Source of the DNA: Clostridia bacterium | Lineage (GTDB): Bacteria > Bacillota > Clostridia > UMGS1883 | DNA: 64,000 bases | NCBI GenBank assembly: GCA_045636425.1 | Contig: JAZTXM010000003.1 | Coordinates: forward strand, 4,903-68,902 | Reading direction: 5' to 3' | Shown: positions 44,166 to 53,903 of the stretch, in pieces | Layout of the letters: each line of letters opens with the position of its first letter | Position numbering within the stretch: position 1 is the stretch's first letter | Notes under the pieces: model-generated | The model's database searches: none | Told to the model about the DNA's origin: nothing | The model's input: only the letters and a program-made list of their open reading frames with translations | Position numbers and translations under genes: made by a program

Positions 44166-44918
44166 TTAAGTATCATATTCAAAATAATACATTCTATCAG
44201 TATCGCAATCATAAATAGCTATTTCAAAATTGAAAGAAGCTCTATTAAATAATTCAGAATCATCTCTGTTATCCCTATTTCCCAACTGGCTATCTTCAAA
44301 TATGTAATAACCATTTTCAATTTTAGGAATATGTGCTTCTTGTGCTAAATTAATTTCGTAATTAATATCTTCTTCACCATACATAATATGATTAAGATTT
44401 TTTGACAAGGGAAGTTTGTTCCAATCCTCTATTATCTCCAATGCTTTCTGTTTGTTGCCTGAACAATCTAAAATCATATAATGCGAGCCTTCCCCTTGAA
44501 ATCCGCCATGGGAATCAAGTTCCTCGACAACCGAAAAATCTTTTTTTGCAAATCCAAAATATAGTGTTGTTTTGTCAATGTAATTATTTATCGGTTTTAA
44601 TAGCAGCAAAAGCATCACCGCCAGCAAACCAGTTACTGTTGGGATAAATGTTTTTGCGGTAATTTTATTTTCTTTCCAAGTTTTTGAGAATCCATATACA
44701 TAACCAAAAAGATATATAGCTCCTGCTGCTATTACACATAAAGAAGATAAAATTTCGGCGAAACGAAGTTCCCCTATAATTACACAGGCAATCCATATAA
44801 AAGAAAATAAAAAGCCTACCATAGCAATAGGAATTGGTATTGCAAAAAGAATAAACAAAAGTATAATTAAAATTTTCTTTTTCAAAATATCACCGCTTTT
44901 CAAAACATTTGTTCGCAT
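44166..44918 (-). CDS. hypothetical membrane protein (AT-rich orphan)
   Basis: 3-4 N-terminal TM helices plus a soluble C-terminal domain of about 130 aa. I recognise no family. Confidence 0.5.
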   Translation of the reverse strand: MRTNVLKSGDILKKKILIILLFILFAIPIPIAMVGFLFSFIWIACVIIGELRFAEILSSLCVIAAGAIYLFGYVYGFSKTWKENKITAKTFIPTVTGLLAVMLLLLLKPINNYIDKTTLYFGFAKKDFSVVEELDSHGGFQGEGSHYMILDCSGNKQKALEIIEDWNKLPLSKNLNHIMYGEEDINYEINLAQEAHIPKIENGYYIFEDSQLGNRDNRDDSELFNRASFNFEIAIYDCDTDRMYYFEYDT

Positions 44919-45061
44919 TTTTTCTTATTATATCACGGCAATTTACGAAAATCAAGTCTGCTTTTCTTTTTTTATTTCTGCAAATTCCGACAAAATAATA
45001 AAGGAAAAAAATATTGATTATTACTAAAATTTCTGTTAATATATTTTCAGGGTGATAAAGA

Positions 45062-46177
45062 GTGAAAAAGTCTAATATTTTTTCCGATAAAATTGATATA
45101 GTTTTACTGGTGAGTGTGATTCTCGCTTCCGTTTTCGGTATTCTGATTATTAACAGTGCCACATATGCTCTTGATACACATTTGAAATATGTGGCGGTGC
45201 AAAGCATCGCCCTCATTCTGGGAATCGGTGCAATGACGCTTACCATATTTTTTAGTTACAAATATATAGAAAAGCTACGCTATCTTATTTTTCTATTGGG
45301 AATAGGGATGCTGATTTTAGTTCTTGCAATGGGTAAGCTTTCCAACGGAACGCAGGGCTGGCTGGTATTGGGGCCTGTAACGCTTCAGCCCTCGGAAATT
45401 GCCAAGGTGTGCTTTATTATAACCTTTTCAACCCACCTTGCAAAAAAGCATGAATCGGTTAACAAGCGAAAAACGCTTTTGGGACTGCTTTTACATTTGC
45501 TCTGCTATATGATTCCCGTACTGCTTCAGCCCGACTTTGGTACGGCAACGGTTTTTGCGGTAATATTTGCATTTGAGCTGTTTTTTGCAGGCATATATAA
45601 AAAATATATTGCAGGGGTATTTGCGTTAGGTGCTTTAGCTTCCCCCGTGATATGGTTTTTCCTGAAGGATTATCAAAGAAGCAGAATTATAACTCTGTTC
45701 TTCCCCGAAAGCGACCCTTTGGGCGGAGGCTACCATGTGCTGCAATCGAAGCTTGCCATAGGAAGCGGTATGATTACAGGCAGGGGCTATCTCCAGGGAC
45801 CGCAGACACAGTCGGGATTTCTTCCCGAAAAGCAAACCGACTTTGCTTTTTCCGTTTTGGGAGAGGAATTGGGGCTTATAGGTGCAATTTTCATCACTGC
45901 ATTACTGCTGATTATAGTTTACCGCTGTTTTGACAACGCTAAAAGCTGTTCCCACGACCCCTTCGGTGAATTCATTTGTATCGGCGTCGGCTCGATGATG
46001 TTTTTCCACATAGTGGAAAACATCGGAATGTGCCTTGGTATTCTTCCTATCACGGGAATTCCGCTTCCCTTTATAAGCTACGGCGGAAGTAATCTTGTGA
46101 CCTGCTTTATCGCTATCGGACTTGTTCAGAATGTACGTATGCGAAGGCGGGCAACTAAATTTGATTTTATGGAATAG
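45062..46177 (+). CDS. FtsW/RodA/SpoVE-family peptidoglycan glycosyltransferase
   Basis: GTG start. Polytopic SEDS protein with QPSEIAK and LPEKQTDFAFS motifs. Confidence 0.88.
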   Translation: MKKSNIFSDKIDIVLLVSVILASVFGILIINSATYALDTHLKYVAVQSIALILGIGAMTLTIFFSYKYIEKLRYLIFLLGIGMLILVLAMGKLSNGTQGWLVLGPVTLQPSEIAKVCFIITFSTHLAKKHESVNKRKTLLGLLLHLLCYMIPVLLQPDFGTATVFAVIFAFELFFAGIYKKYIAGVFALGALASPVIWFFLKDYQRSRIITLFFPESDPLGGGYHVLQSKLAIGSGMITGRGYLQGPQTQSGFLPEKQTDFAFSVLGEELGLIGAIFITALLLIIVYRCFDNAKSCSHDPFGEFICIGVGSMMFFHIVENIGMCLGILPITGIPLPFISYGGSNLVTCFIAIGLVQNVRMRRRATKFDFME

Positions 46178-46185
46178 ACGTAAAA

Positions 46186-46438
46186 GGGGATGTAAAAAAA
46201 GTCCAGACCACAAAAAGGCGATAATAATACGGATTATAGGCAGTTGGTGCTTGCCAAAACATGTTAATTTGGTTAAAAATCTCATTTTATTCGATTTTTT
46301 CTTTTTTTGAAGCCTTTTTGTTACGAACAAACTTCGCCACTCGACGTACCCACGTACGCCTTCGGGTAACCTAACAATGCCCAAGCGTGGGCATTGTTAG
46401 CTCAGTTTGTCCGTTCTGAAGCATTTTTTCCTATCCCC
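46186..46438 (+). repeat. structured interspersed element, copy 4
   Basis: Arms GGGGATGTAAAAAAAGTCCAGACC / GTTCTGAAGCATTTTTTCCTATCCCC. Inner helix 46210-46219/46312-46321. Both 3'-domain hairpins are compensated. Begins 8 nt after the SEDS gene stop. Confidence 0.85.
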
Positions 46439-46440
46439 TT

Positions 46441-46480
46441 AAAAGAGGGTGAAAAAATCGTTGATTTTTTCACCCTCTTG
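46441..46480. terminator. bidirectional terminator (SEDS gene / ABC operon)
   Basis: AAAAGAGGGTGAAAAAATC-gtt-GATTTTTTCACCCTCTT. Confidence 0.85.
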
Positions 46481-46482
46481 TT

Positions 46483-48402
46483 TTATTCTAATTCAAATGC
46501 GCCCGTATAAAGCTGATAATAAGTTCCCTTTTGTGCAATAAGTGCATCGTGGTTTCCACGTTCAATGATTCTGCCACGGTCAAGCACCATAATCACATCG
46601 GAATTTTTAACCGTTGAAAGACGGTGCGCAATAACAAAAACTGTCCTTCCCTCCATCAGCTTATCCATACCGCGCTGAACAATTTGCTCGGTTCTGGTAT
46701 CTATGGAGGAGGTTGCCTCGTCTAAAATCATAACGGGCGGATCTGCAACAGCTGCCCTTGCAATGGAAATCAACTGTCTTTGCCCCTGGGAAAGGTTTTC
46801 ACCGTTATTTTCAAGAATGGTATCGTAGCCCTCCGGCAAACGACAGATGAAATCATCGGCACCGGCAAGCTTTGCCGCCAAAATACATTCTTCATCGGAT
46901 GCATCCAGCTTACCGTAACGGATATTATCCATAACGGAGCCTGTAAACAGGTTCGTTTCCTGCAATACAATGCCTAAAGCACGCCGCAAATCGGATTTGC
47001 GGATTTTTTCTATATTAATGCCGTCGTAGCGGATTTTTCCGCCCTCTATATCATAAAATCGGTTAAGCAGATTGGTAATGGTGGTTTTTCCTGCACCGGT
47101 GGCACCTACAAAGGCAACCTTTTGTCCCGGCTCCGCATACAAAGAAATATTGTGCAGAACGTTTTTTCCTTCTTCGTAGGCAAAGTCCACATCAATCATA
47201 CGCACATCGCCGGTAAGCGGTGTGTAGGTAACAGTTCCGTCATGATGAGGATGCTTCCATGCCCATTTACCTGTACGCACAGCCGATTCTGTAATATTAC
47301 CGGCTGAATCCTCTGTTGCATATACCAATGTTACATATCCGTCATCAGATTCCGCTTCTCTGTCAATAATTCCAAAAATTCTTTCTCCGCCGGCTATTGC
47401 CATGGCAATAGCGTTAATCTGCTGTGCTACCTGATTTACGTTGCCGGTAAACTGCTTTGCCATATTCAGAAAGGGTATCATAACATCAAGAGTCAGCGCT
47501 CCCACACTTCCGGCTATCAAAGATGAAATTCCGATATTCGGAACCTGCGACAAAACCAGCACACCACCCATTGTAGCAATAACCACATAGAGTACGTTAC
47601 CTATATTCTGAATAACGGGGCCGAGAATGTTAGAAAACGCATGGGCCTTGAATGCATCATTATACAGCTCTTCGTTAACTTTCCTGAAATCCTCACGACA
47701 TTCGTTTTCGCGGTTAAACACCTTGACAACCTTTTGTCCGTTCATCATTTCCTGAATGAAGCCTTCGGTTTTACCCATAGATTTCTGTTGGCGCATAAAG
47801 TATTTCGCGCTTCCTTTGCCCACTGTTTTGCTGATGAAAAGCATAGCCGCAACCCCAAGCAGCACGATCATGGTCAGCCATAAACTGTAATACACCATAA
47901 TTCCAAACACGCACATAAGCAAAATCGCCGACTGAAGAAGCGTAGGAAGTGCATGGGAAACCAATTGTCTGAGAGAGTCAATGTCATTTGTATAATGGCT
48001 CATAATATCGCCGTGCTTGTTTGTATCGAAATACTTAATAGGCAGATTCTGCATTTTATCAAACATTTCACGACGCATTTTGTCAAGAAAGCCCTGGGTG
48101 ATATATGCCATAAGCTGTGTATATGCCATAATTGCCAGGAGTGAACCGACATACAGGCATCCTAACACTGTAATTTTGGGCAAAATAACCTTTGCCGCAG
48201 AAGCCCAATCCCCCGATTTATACCACACACCTATATCGGACAGCACCTGCTGTTGAAATATTGCGGGAAGCGAAGCCGTAACCGCAGATATTATAATACA
48301 CACTGCCGTAAGAGGAATTAATACCGGGTATGTTTTTATCAGCATAGACACTATACGGACAAGGCTGCCTTTTTTTATTTTGGGTCGTTTATTCATTTGC
48401 AT
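46483..48402 (-). CDS. ABC exporter, fused permease/ATPase (heterodimer partner 2)
   Basis: Six-TM domain plus an NBD with GATGAGKTT, LSQGQRQ and ILDEATS. The start is chosen among ATG 48405, 48402 and 48396 after GGGGGGAGGG. Confidence 0.85.
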   Translation of the reverse strand: MQMNKRPKIKKGSLVRIVSMLIKTYPVLIPLTAVCIIISAVTASLPAIFQQQVLSDIGVWYKSGDWASAAKVILPKITVLGCLYVGSLLAIMAYTQLMAYITQGFLDKMRREMFDKMQNLPIKYFDTNKHGDIMSHYTNDIDSLRQLVSHALPTLLQSAILLMCVFGIMVYYSLWLTMIVLLGVAAMLFISKTVGKGSAKYFMRQQKSMGKTEGFIQEMMNGQKVVKVFNRENECREDFRKVNEELYNDAFKAHAFSNILGPVIQNIGNVLYVVIATMGGVLVLSQVPNIGISSLIAGSVGALTLDVMIPFLNMAKQFTGNVNQVAQQINAIAMAIAGGERIFGIIDREAESDDGYVTLVYATEDSAGNITESAVRTGKWAWKHPHHDGTVTYTPLTGDVRMIDVDFAYEEGKNVLHNISLYAEPGQKVAFVGATGAGKTTITNLLNRFYDIEGGKIRYDGINIEKIRKSDLRRALGIVLQETNLFTGSVMDNIRYGKLDASDEECILAAKLAGADDFICRLPEGYDTILENNGENLSQGQRQLISIARAAVADPPVMILDEATSSIDTRTEQIVQRGMDKLMEGRTVFVIAHRLSTVKNSDVIMVLDRGRIIERGNHDALIAQKGTYYQLYTGAFELE

Positions 48403-50137
48403 CATCAGCCCTCCCCCCTGTTTGCTGTTTGAAAATCTCGTTATAAATTTCACAGCGGTTTATAAGTTCTTCGTGGCTTCCTATGTCGGATATTTTTCCG
48501 TTGTTCAGAACCACAATCAAATCTGCACTCTGTATGGAGGACACACGTTGTGCAATAATAATCTTGGTTGTTTCGGGAATAAATTCCTTGAAGCCTTTTT
48601 GAATGAGTGAATCAGTTTTTGTATCAACTGCACTGGTGGAATCATCAAGAATCAGAATCTTGGGTTTTTTCAGCAGTGCTCTGGCAATGCAAAGCCGCTG
48701 TTTCTGTCCGCCGGAGACATTTACGCCGCCCTGCTCGATATAAGTATCGTAGCCCTTGGGAAACTGAGAAATAAATCCGTCTGCCTGGGCAAGGTTGCAT
48801 GCCTTGGCAATCTCTTCATCGGTTGCATTTTCGTTGCCCCAACGTAAATTTTCATTGATTGTTCCTGAAAAAAGCTGATTTTTCTGCAGTACCATGGCAA
48901 CGTTATCACGCAGGGTGACAAGGTCGTATTTTCTTACATCAACACCGCCTACCAGGATGCTTCCCTCCGTCACATCATACAGTCGGGGAATCAGCTGTAC
49001 CAGCGTAGATTTGCCGCTTCCCGTTCCGCCGATAACACCCACGGTCATACCGGATTTTATATGCAGTGTAACGTCGGACAGGGAATTTCTTTTTGATTTT
49101 TCGGAGTATTTGAAGCTGACAGCGTTAAAATCAATACTGCCATCCTTTACCTCTGTAATGGGGTTTTGGGGATTGGTCAGTGTAGATTCCTCGGAAAGAA
49201 CTTCGCCGATTCTTTTCATAGATTCAAAGGACATTGTAATCATAACATAAACCATGGAAAGCATCATAAGCGACATCAGAATCTGTACCCCATAGGTAAG
49301 CATTGCGGAAATCTGCCCCACATCCAAGGCACTGCCCATACTCGAAATAATAAGCTTCGAACCGACAGTCAGAATGAAAATCATATTAAAATACATACAC
49401 ACCTGCATCAGCGGATGGTTAAAAGCAATAATTCGCTCTGCTTTGGTAAAATCCTTGCGGATGTTTTCTGCCGCCTTGCCGAACTTTTCTTTTTCGTACT
49501 CTTCTCTGGAAAAGCCCTTTACCACGCGCATTCCGCGAACATTTTCTTCAACGGATTCATTGAGCTTGTCGTACTTTTTAAATACTCTGCGAAATGCCGG
49601 CATAGCTGTTTTTGTAATAATCAGAAGCCCGATAATAAGAACGGGGATTACCACAACAAAGGTTGTGGCAAGGGCTCCTCCCATAATATATGCCATAATA
49701 ACCGAGAACGTAAACATCAGCGGTGCACGAACTGCACTGCGAATGGTCATCATAAATGCCATCTGCACGTTTGAAACGTCGGTAGTCATTCGCGTAACCA
49801 AGGATGATGCGGAAAATTTGTCAATATTTTTGAAGGAATAGTCCTGAATTTTATCAAAAATATCGTTACGCAGATTTTTGGCAAATCCGGCAGCTGCTTT
49901 GGCGCTGGTATAACCTGCCAACGCACCGAAGCTTAATGAAACAAATGCCATTGCTATAAGGGAAATTCCGATTATAAGAAGCTTTTTCATTTCCAAATCG
50001 GCTTTCATCTGATTTACAAGAGCCGCCGTCAAAAAAGGTATCAAGCATTCGATAACCGCTTCGCCAACCATTAAGCAGAATGTAATTATAGTCAGTTTCT
50101 TATTTTCCCTGACACATTCCAGTAATTTTCTTATCAT
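48389..50137 (-). CDS. ABC exporter, fused permease/ATPase (heterodimer partner 1)
   Basis: TMD plus an NBD with GGTGSGKST, VSGGQKQR and ILDDSTS. Confidence 0.88.
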   Translation of the reverse strand: MIRKLLECVRENKKLTIITFCLMVGEAVIECLIPFLTAALVNQMKADLEMKKLLIIGISLIAMAFVSLSFGALAGYTSAKAAAGFAKNLRNDIFDKIQDYSFKNIDKFSASSLVTRMTTDVSNVQMAFMMTIRSAVRAPLMFTFSVIMAYIMGGALATTFVVVIPVLIIGLLIITKTAMPAFRRVFKKYDKLNESVEENVRGMRVVKGFSREEYEKEKFGKAAENIRKDFTKAERIIAFNHPLMQVCMYFNMIFILTVGSKLIISSMGSALDVGQISAMLTYGVQILMSLMMLSMVYVMITMSFESMKRIGEVLSEESTLTNPQNPITEVKDGSIDFNAVSFKYSEKSKRNSLSDVTLHIKSGMTVGVIGGTGSGKSTLVQLIPRLYDVTEGSILVGGVDVRKYDLVTLRDNVAMVLQKNQLFSGTINENLRWGNENATDEEIAKACNLAQADGFISQFPKGYDTYIEQGGVNVSGGQKQRLCIARALLKKPKILILDDSTSAVDTKTDSLIQKGFKEFIPETTKIIIAQRVSSIQSADLIVVLNNGKISDIGSHEELINRCEIYNEIFKQQTGGRADDANE

Positions 50138-50556
50138 TGTGATTCCCCTTTCAGATTGTTGTATATCACCAGTAAAGTTTTCCTGAGCTCTGCAATTTCC
50201 TGCCCGGATAACCCCTTTACAAGCCGCGCTTCACATTTTTTTATATTGGAGTGCATATCCTCCCATACCGACATAGCCTTATGGGTAAGACTGACGTATT
50301 TATCCCTGCCGACCATAGTCGTAGTCAAATATCCGCCCTGCTCCATCCTGGAAACAATGCCTACTACCGTAGGGTGGGAAACCTGGAGAAATTTCTCGAT
50401 TTCCTTTTGGGTGGACTTACCGCCGCGGCTGCTTACATATGCCATAACCCTGCTTTGAGTCATAGTAAGGTTATGACTTTTTAAATCAGCGTCTGAGCGT
50501 GAGCGCATCTTATCATTAATTACTTTTAATAGATATCCGATATCCTTCTCATTCAC
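50134..50556 (-). CDS. MarR-family transcriptional regulator
   Basis: Winged-HTH LTMTQSRVMAYV...QKEIEKFLQVSHPTVVGIVSRME. GTG 50556 follows GGAGGGAGG. The ORF-track start at 50622 coincides with the -35 box. Confidence 0.8.
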   Translation of the reverse strand: MNEKDIGYLLKVINDKMRSRSDADLKSHNLTMTQSRVMAYVSSRGGKSTQKEIEKFLQVSHPTVVGIVSRMEQGGYLTTTMVGRDKYVSLTHKAMSVWEDMHSNIKKCEARLVKGLSGQEIAELRKTLLVIYNNLKGESQ

Positions 50557-50593
50557 GGACAATCCTCCCTCCGTTTTATGTAGCACGCTACAG

Positions 50594-50622
50594 ATTGTAA
50601 CGCAAGTATTTTCATTTGTCAA
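50594..50622 (-). promoter_or_regulatory. promoter of the marR-ABC operon
   Basis: On the minus strand: TTGACA (50622-50617), 17-nt spacer, TACAAT (50599-50594). Confidence 0.6.
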
Positions 50623-50784
50623 TAGTTTTTTGGCAACATTTACAATATGTTCATACCGTTAAAGTAATTAATTGCCTCTGATGTTCACAAAGTATTTTTA
50701 GATTTCAGGAATATTGAGTTCCCTTATTAAAACTTTTTTCGCATGGATGAATATCTCCGTAATAGCACATCCCTGGACGCTATA

Positions 50785-50839
50785 TTTAAAAACAAGAAAC
50801 ACACAACATATCCGCATTCGGAGATGTTGTGTGTTTCTT
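50785..50839 (-). terminator. rho-independent terminator after the CHAP operon
   Basis: AAGAAACACACAACATATCCG-catt-CGGAGATGTTGTGTGTTTCTT, followed by GTTTTT on the minus strand. Confidence 0.8.
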
Positions 50840-50945
50840 ATTTGTGTAGCCGTTCTATTATAACTTTGACACTTCTGTCATAATAAATACTGAAAAAAGC
50901 ATCAGCAAGGTCTATTGTTAATATTTCTTGCTTGGGTTTCAGTTT

Positions 50946-51371
50946 TCACTCTGCCAATGACAAAAACAATCCGCCAATAAGATTTACGCCCAACATTAAA
51001 ACGGTTATTGCCGATATAATCTTATTAGGTTTATTGCTTTTGCGCATTAATAGAACCATTATCGTAGATGCCATAAGCACCATCATCATAAGCATTCTTA
51101 CATTATCGGGCAGAACCGTTCTGTAGGGGTTTCCCCACGCTGCACCTCTCGGCAACGGCTGATACTCTTCTTCAAGACCCAGCATAGCAATTGCAAAAAT
51201 AATTGGAAGTGTCACAAGCGATATAATAAAAGCTGTGACGCTTTTCCCGTTTTCTGACTCTTCGTTCTTTTTCATATCTGAAGAGGTTATAACAATCTCA
51301 GTCCTACACCCACAGTAATTGCAAAACTTATCTTGCTCAGACAATTTTGTACCGCATTCTTTACAAAACAT
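50946..51371 (-). CDS. zinc-ribbon membrane protein
   Basis: MFCKECG...CNYCG zinc ribbon followed by 3 TM helices. Confidence 0.6.
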   Translation of the reverse strand: MFCKECGTKLSEQDKFCNYCGCRTEIVITSSDMKKNEESENGKSVTAFIISLVTLPIIFAIAMLGLEEEYQPLPRGAAWGNPYRTVLPDNVRMLMMMVLMASTIMVLLMRKSNKPNKIISAITVLMLGVNLIGGLFLSLAE

Positions 51372-51384
51372 ATTTACACACTCC

Positions 51385-53880
51385 CTACCTCATTTTATGA
51401 TTCTCATACAAAGTATAATTGGCTTCCTCTCTAGTTACATTTCCATACTGATTTTTTAAATTATAGTATGGCACATTCATTGCATTGCGTACAAGCTTAG
51501 CAATGTTTCCACGGGTTGCATATGCCGTTTTATTGAAATAAATGCTTTCTGTTATTCCCAATTCCGTTGCAACTGCAATAAATCCGTTGGGGTATCCTCC
51601 TTTTTCGTCTGCTTCTTTCGTATAGCCCAACGAAGCTACTATCATCTTTATAGCCTGCTCATAGGTTATATTTGCGTCAGGTGAAAAAGTTGTTGCCGAC
51701 GTTCCGTTTATAATACCTAAATTTTTAGCTGCATAGATATATTTTCTTGCCCAGTGATTCTCAGAAACATCAATAAAGACACCGCTGTCATTGCCTTCTC
51801 CGCACATAATAGTTTCGCAGATTATTTTGGAGAACTCTGCTCTTGTTATCTGATTGTTTGGTTTAAAGCTTCCATCTGTATAGCCGTGGATTATATCAAA
51901 ATCCGAAAGCTCTTCCACGGTCTTTTGCAAGGCTTCATCATAGATATCATTAAAGCCATGGCTTTTTACCGTTTCTTTTTCATAACCGCACAATCCGCAT
52001 ACGTTATCTGAAAAGGAATGAGCTTCTGCTTCACGCTCAGCCTCGTTCTTTTCAAGTTGCATACCGCACTTCTTACAATACACATTGTAGTGTGTAACTA
52101 TGATGTGCTCGGAATCATCCTTTATTTCATAAGTGGCTTCTTTATTTGACATTGTCTTTTCTACTTCATTGTGTGAACATATTTCATCTTCCGAAGCATA
52201 GCCACATTCACCGCATCTGTTATCGAAAAGCTGATGCCTCTGTGAATAGCTTTTTTCCTTGTTTTTCCCAATTACATCATTACAATCTGTACATAAAACA
52301 TCGTATATCTCAGTTACAGTATGATTTTCGCTATCTTTCTGTTTTATCTCAATGTTCTTTATTTCCCCGTCATAGGTTTTTGTATGCTTACACTCAGTTA
52401 TTGTGGGGATTTCCTCTTTTTCAATTTCATAACCACACTTTGAGCACTTATCATTACTGATATTGTGATTCTCGAATTTTTCTTCTGTCAGATTGCTTTT
52501 AACCGTTTCTCCGCATTCCTTGCAAACATTATTGTATTTAATAATGACATTGTGTCCTTTATCATTGTCTTTTTCGTATGTCGTATTGGTTACCTTTTTT
52601 GACACACTGTCGTGCTCGCATTTTCTGCCTATTATATTTCCGCTTGTGTCACACAAATACCATTTCTGATAATCGGCACCTGTCCATTTTTTCAGTTGAA
52701 GCTGTGTGCCATTGCTTTTCGCTGCTGATGCACTCTCTGCAGCAATGACATATCCTTCCTTTGATACAAGCTCAAAGCTATATGCCCCATCCCCACAATC
52801 ATTAATAAAGAAATACTGGGCTGTCAAATCATCTGCTGTCCAGATATCAATTTTATCACCGTCATCTATACTTGCAGACAAACTTTCGCCACGGTTAACG
52901 TCGATAACTCTTCCGCTTGAAGAAGCATTAAATTTCAATAAGTACTTTCCGTCACCTTTGTGCTGAATATAAATTCTCTGGTCTGTTGTTCCGTCGTATT
53001 CCCACGTTGTTACTTTAGTCCCGTTTGCATCTTTTCCGCCATATATGTTCATCATATAGCCGCTCGATACATTTTTCAAGGTGTATAATCCATTTGAAAC
53101 CACTGCATCTTTTTTCGTTTCGGAAGCTTCCGGTACAGTCACATAGCTAAAGCCCGTAAATCCGCTGTTGCCTGCACTGTTTTCAGCACACACTCTGACG
53201 CCGTAAACGTTATCAGGCATTGATTTTGACATAGAAGTCTGTGTTGTACTGAAATAGTTATGACTTCCGCCATTTACCCAAAAATCCACCGTATATTTTT
53301 CCGCTCCGCTTACACTTGACCATGAAACATTAATGGTAGAGCCATCAACCGATACGCTTTTTAAGGTTGGTTTAGTAGGGGCTGTTACGGGAGTCAAATC
53401 TTTTATGTGAATAAATCCACCCGTCACAGACGATGCCGCAATTGTTCTCTCTCCAAACATGCCATCGTAAGATTTATTATATTCCTCAATTGTAATATTG
53501 CTTCCGTTTACCGATTTTACCCATGCAACGTGACCATATGTTCCTGTATTCCACCAAGCAACTGACCCTACAGCAGGAGTTTTATTTACCGGGATTCCTA
53601 GGTTTGCAGCGACAGTTCCCCATGTCTTTGCATGTCCCCAACGGGACGCACCCTTATACTGGTTAGTAAACGCAACACCATTTCTGCTGTTTAAACACCA
53701 TGCAACAAAAGAGGTACATTGTCTGTTATAGAAATTCCATTCATCTACAACAGCATCTATGGCTTTACTTTTATACTTCTGTGGATAGGTGTCCCCCGTA
53801 CTGTACCCAAAAACATTTACGGGCAATAACATTGCAAAAATCAAAATAACAATTTGCACTCTTTTTAAAAATTTTCTCAT
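51385..53880 (-). CDS. secreted multidomain cell-wall hydrolase: CHAP, FN3, ricin-type lectin, 3 Cys/His repeats, SLH anchor
   Basis: Signal peptide, then CHAP (NRQCTSFVAWC...GHVAWV) and FN3 (INVSWSSVSGAEKYTV). A QxW-containing beta-trefoil follows (DYQKWYL). The three Cys/His repeats are about 65 aa each. C-terminal SLH repeats include ITRAEFSKII and ITYEQAIKMIV. Confidence 0.8.
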   Translation of the reverse strand: MRKFLKRVQIVILIFAMLLPVNVFGYSTGDTYPQKYKSKAIDAVVDEWNFYNRQCTSFVAWCLNSRNGVAFTNQYKGASRWGHAKTWGTVAANLGIPVNKTPAVGSVAWWNTGTYGHVAWVKSVNGSNITIEEYNKSYDGMFGERTIAASSVTGGFIHIKDLTPVTAPTKPTLKSVSVDGSTINVSWSSVSGAEKYTVDFWVNGGSHNYFSTTQTSMSKSMPDNVYGVRVCAENSAGNSGFTGFSYVTVPEASETKKDAVVSNGLYTLKNVSSGYMMNIYGGKDANGTKVTTWEYDGTTDQRIYIQHKGDGKYLLKFNASSSGRVIDVNRGESLSASIDDGDKIDIWTADDLTAQYFFINDCGDGAYSFELVSKEGYVIAAESASAAKSNGTQLQLKKWTGADYQKWYLCDTSGNIIGRKCEHDSVSKKVTNTTYEKDNDKGHNVIIKYNNVCKECGETVKSNLTEEKFENHNISNDKCSKCGYEIEKEEIPTITECKHTKTYDGEIKNIEIKQKDSENHTVTEIYDVLCTDCNDVIGKNKEKSYSQRHQLFDNRCGECGYASEDEICSHNEVEKTMSNKEATYEIKDDSEHIIVTHYNVYCKKCGMQLEKNEAEREAEAHSFSDNVCGLCGYEKETVKSHGFNDIYDEALQKTVEELSDFDIIHGYTDGSFKPNNQITRAEFSKIICETIMCGEGNDSGVFIDVSENHWARKYIYAAKNLGIINGTSATTFSPDANITYEQAIKMIVASLGYTKEADEKGGYPNGFIAVATELGITESIYFNKTAYATRGNIAKLVRNAMNVPYYNLKNQYGNVTREEANYTLYENHKMR

Positions 53881-53903
53881 ACTCTTTTTCTCCTTTTCAA
53901 TTT

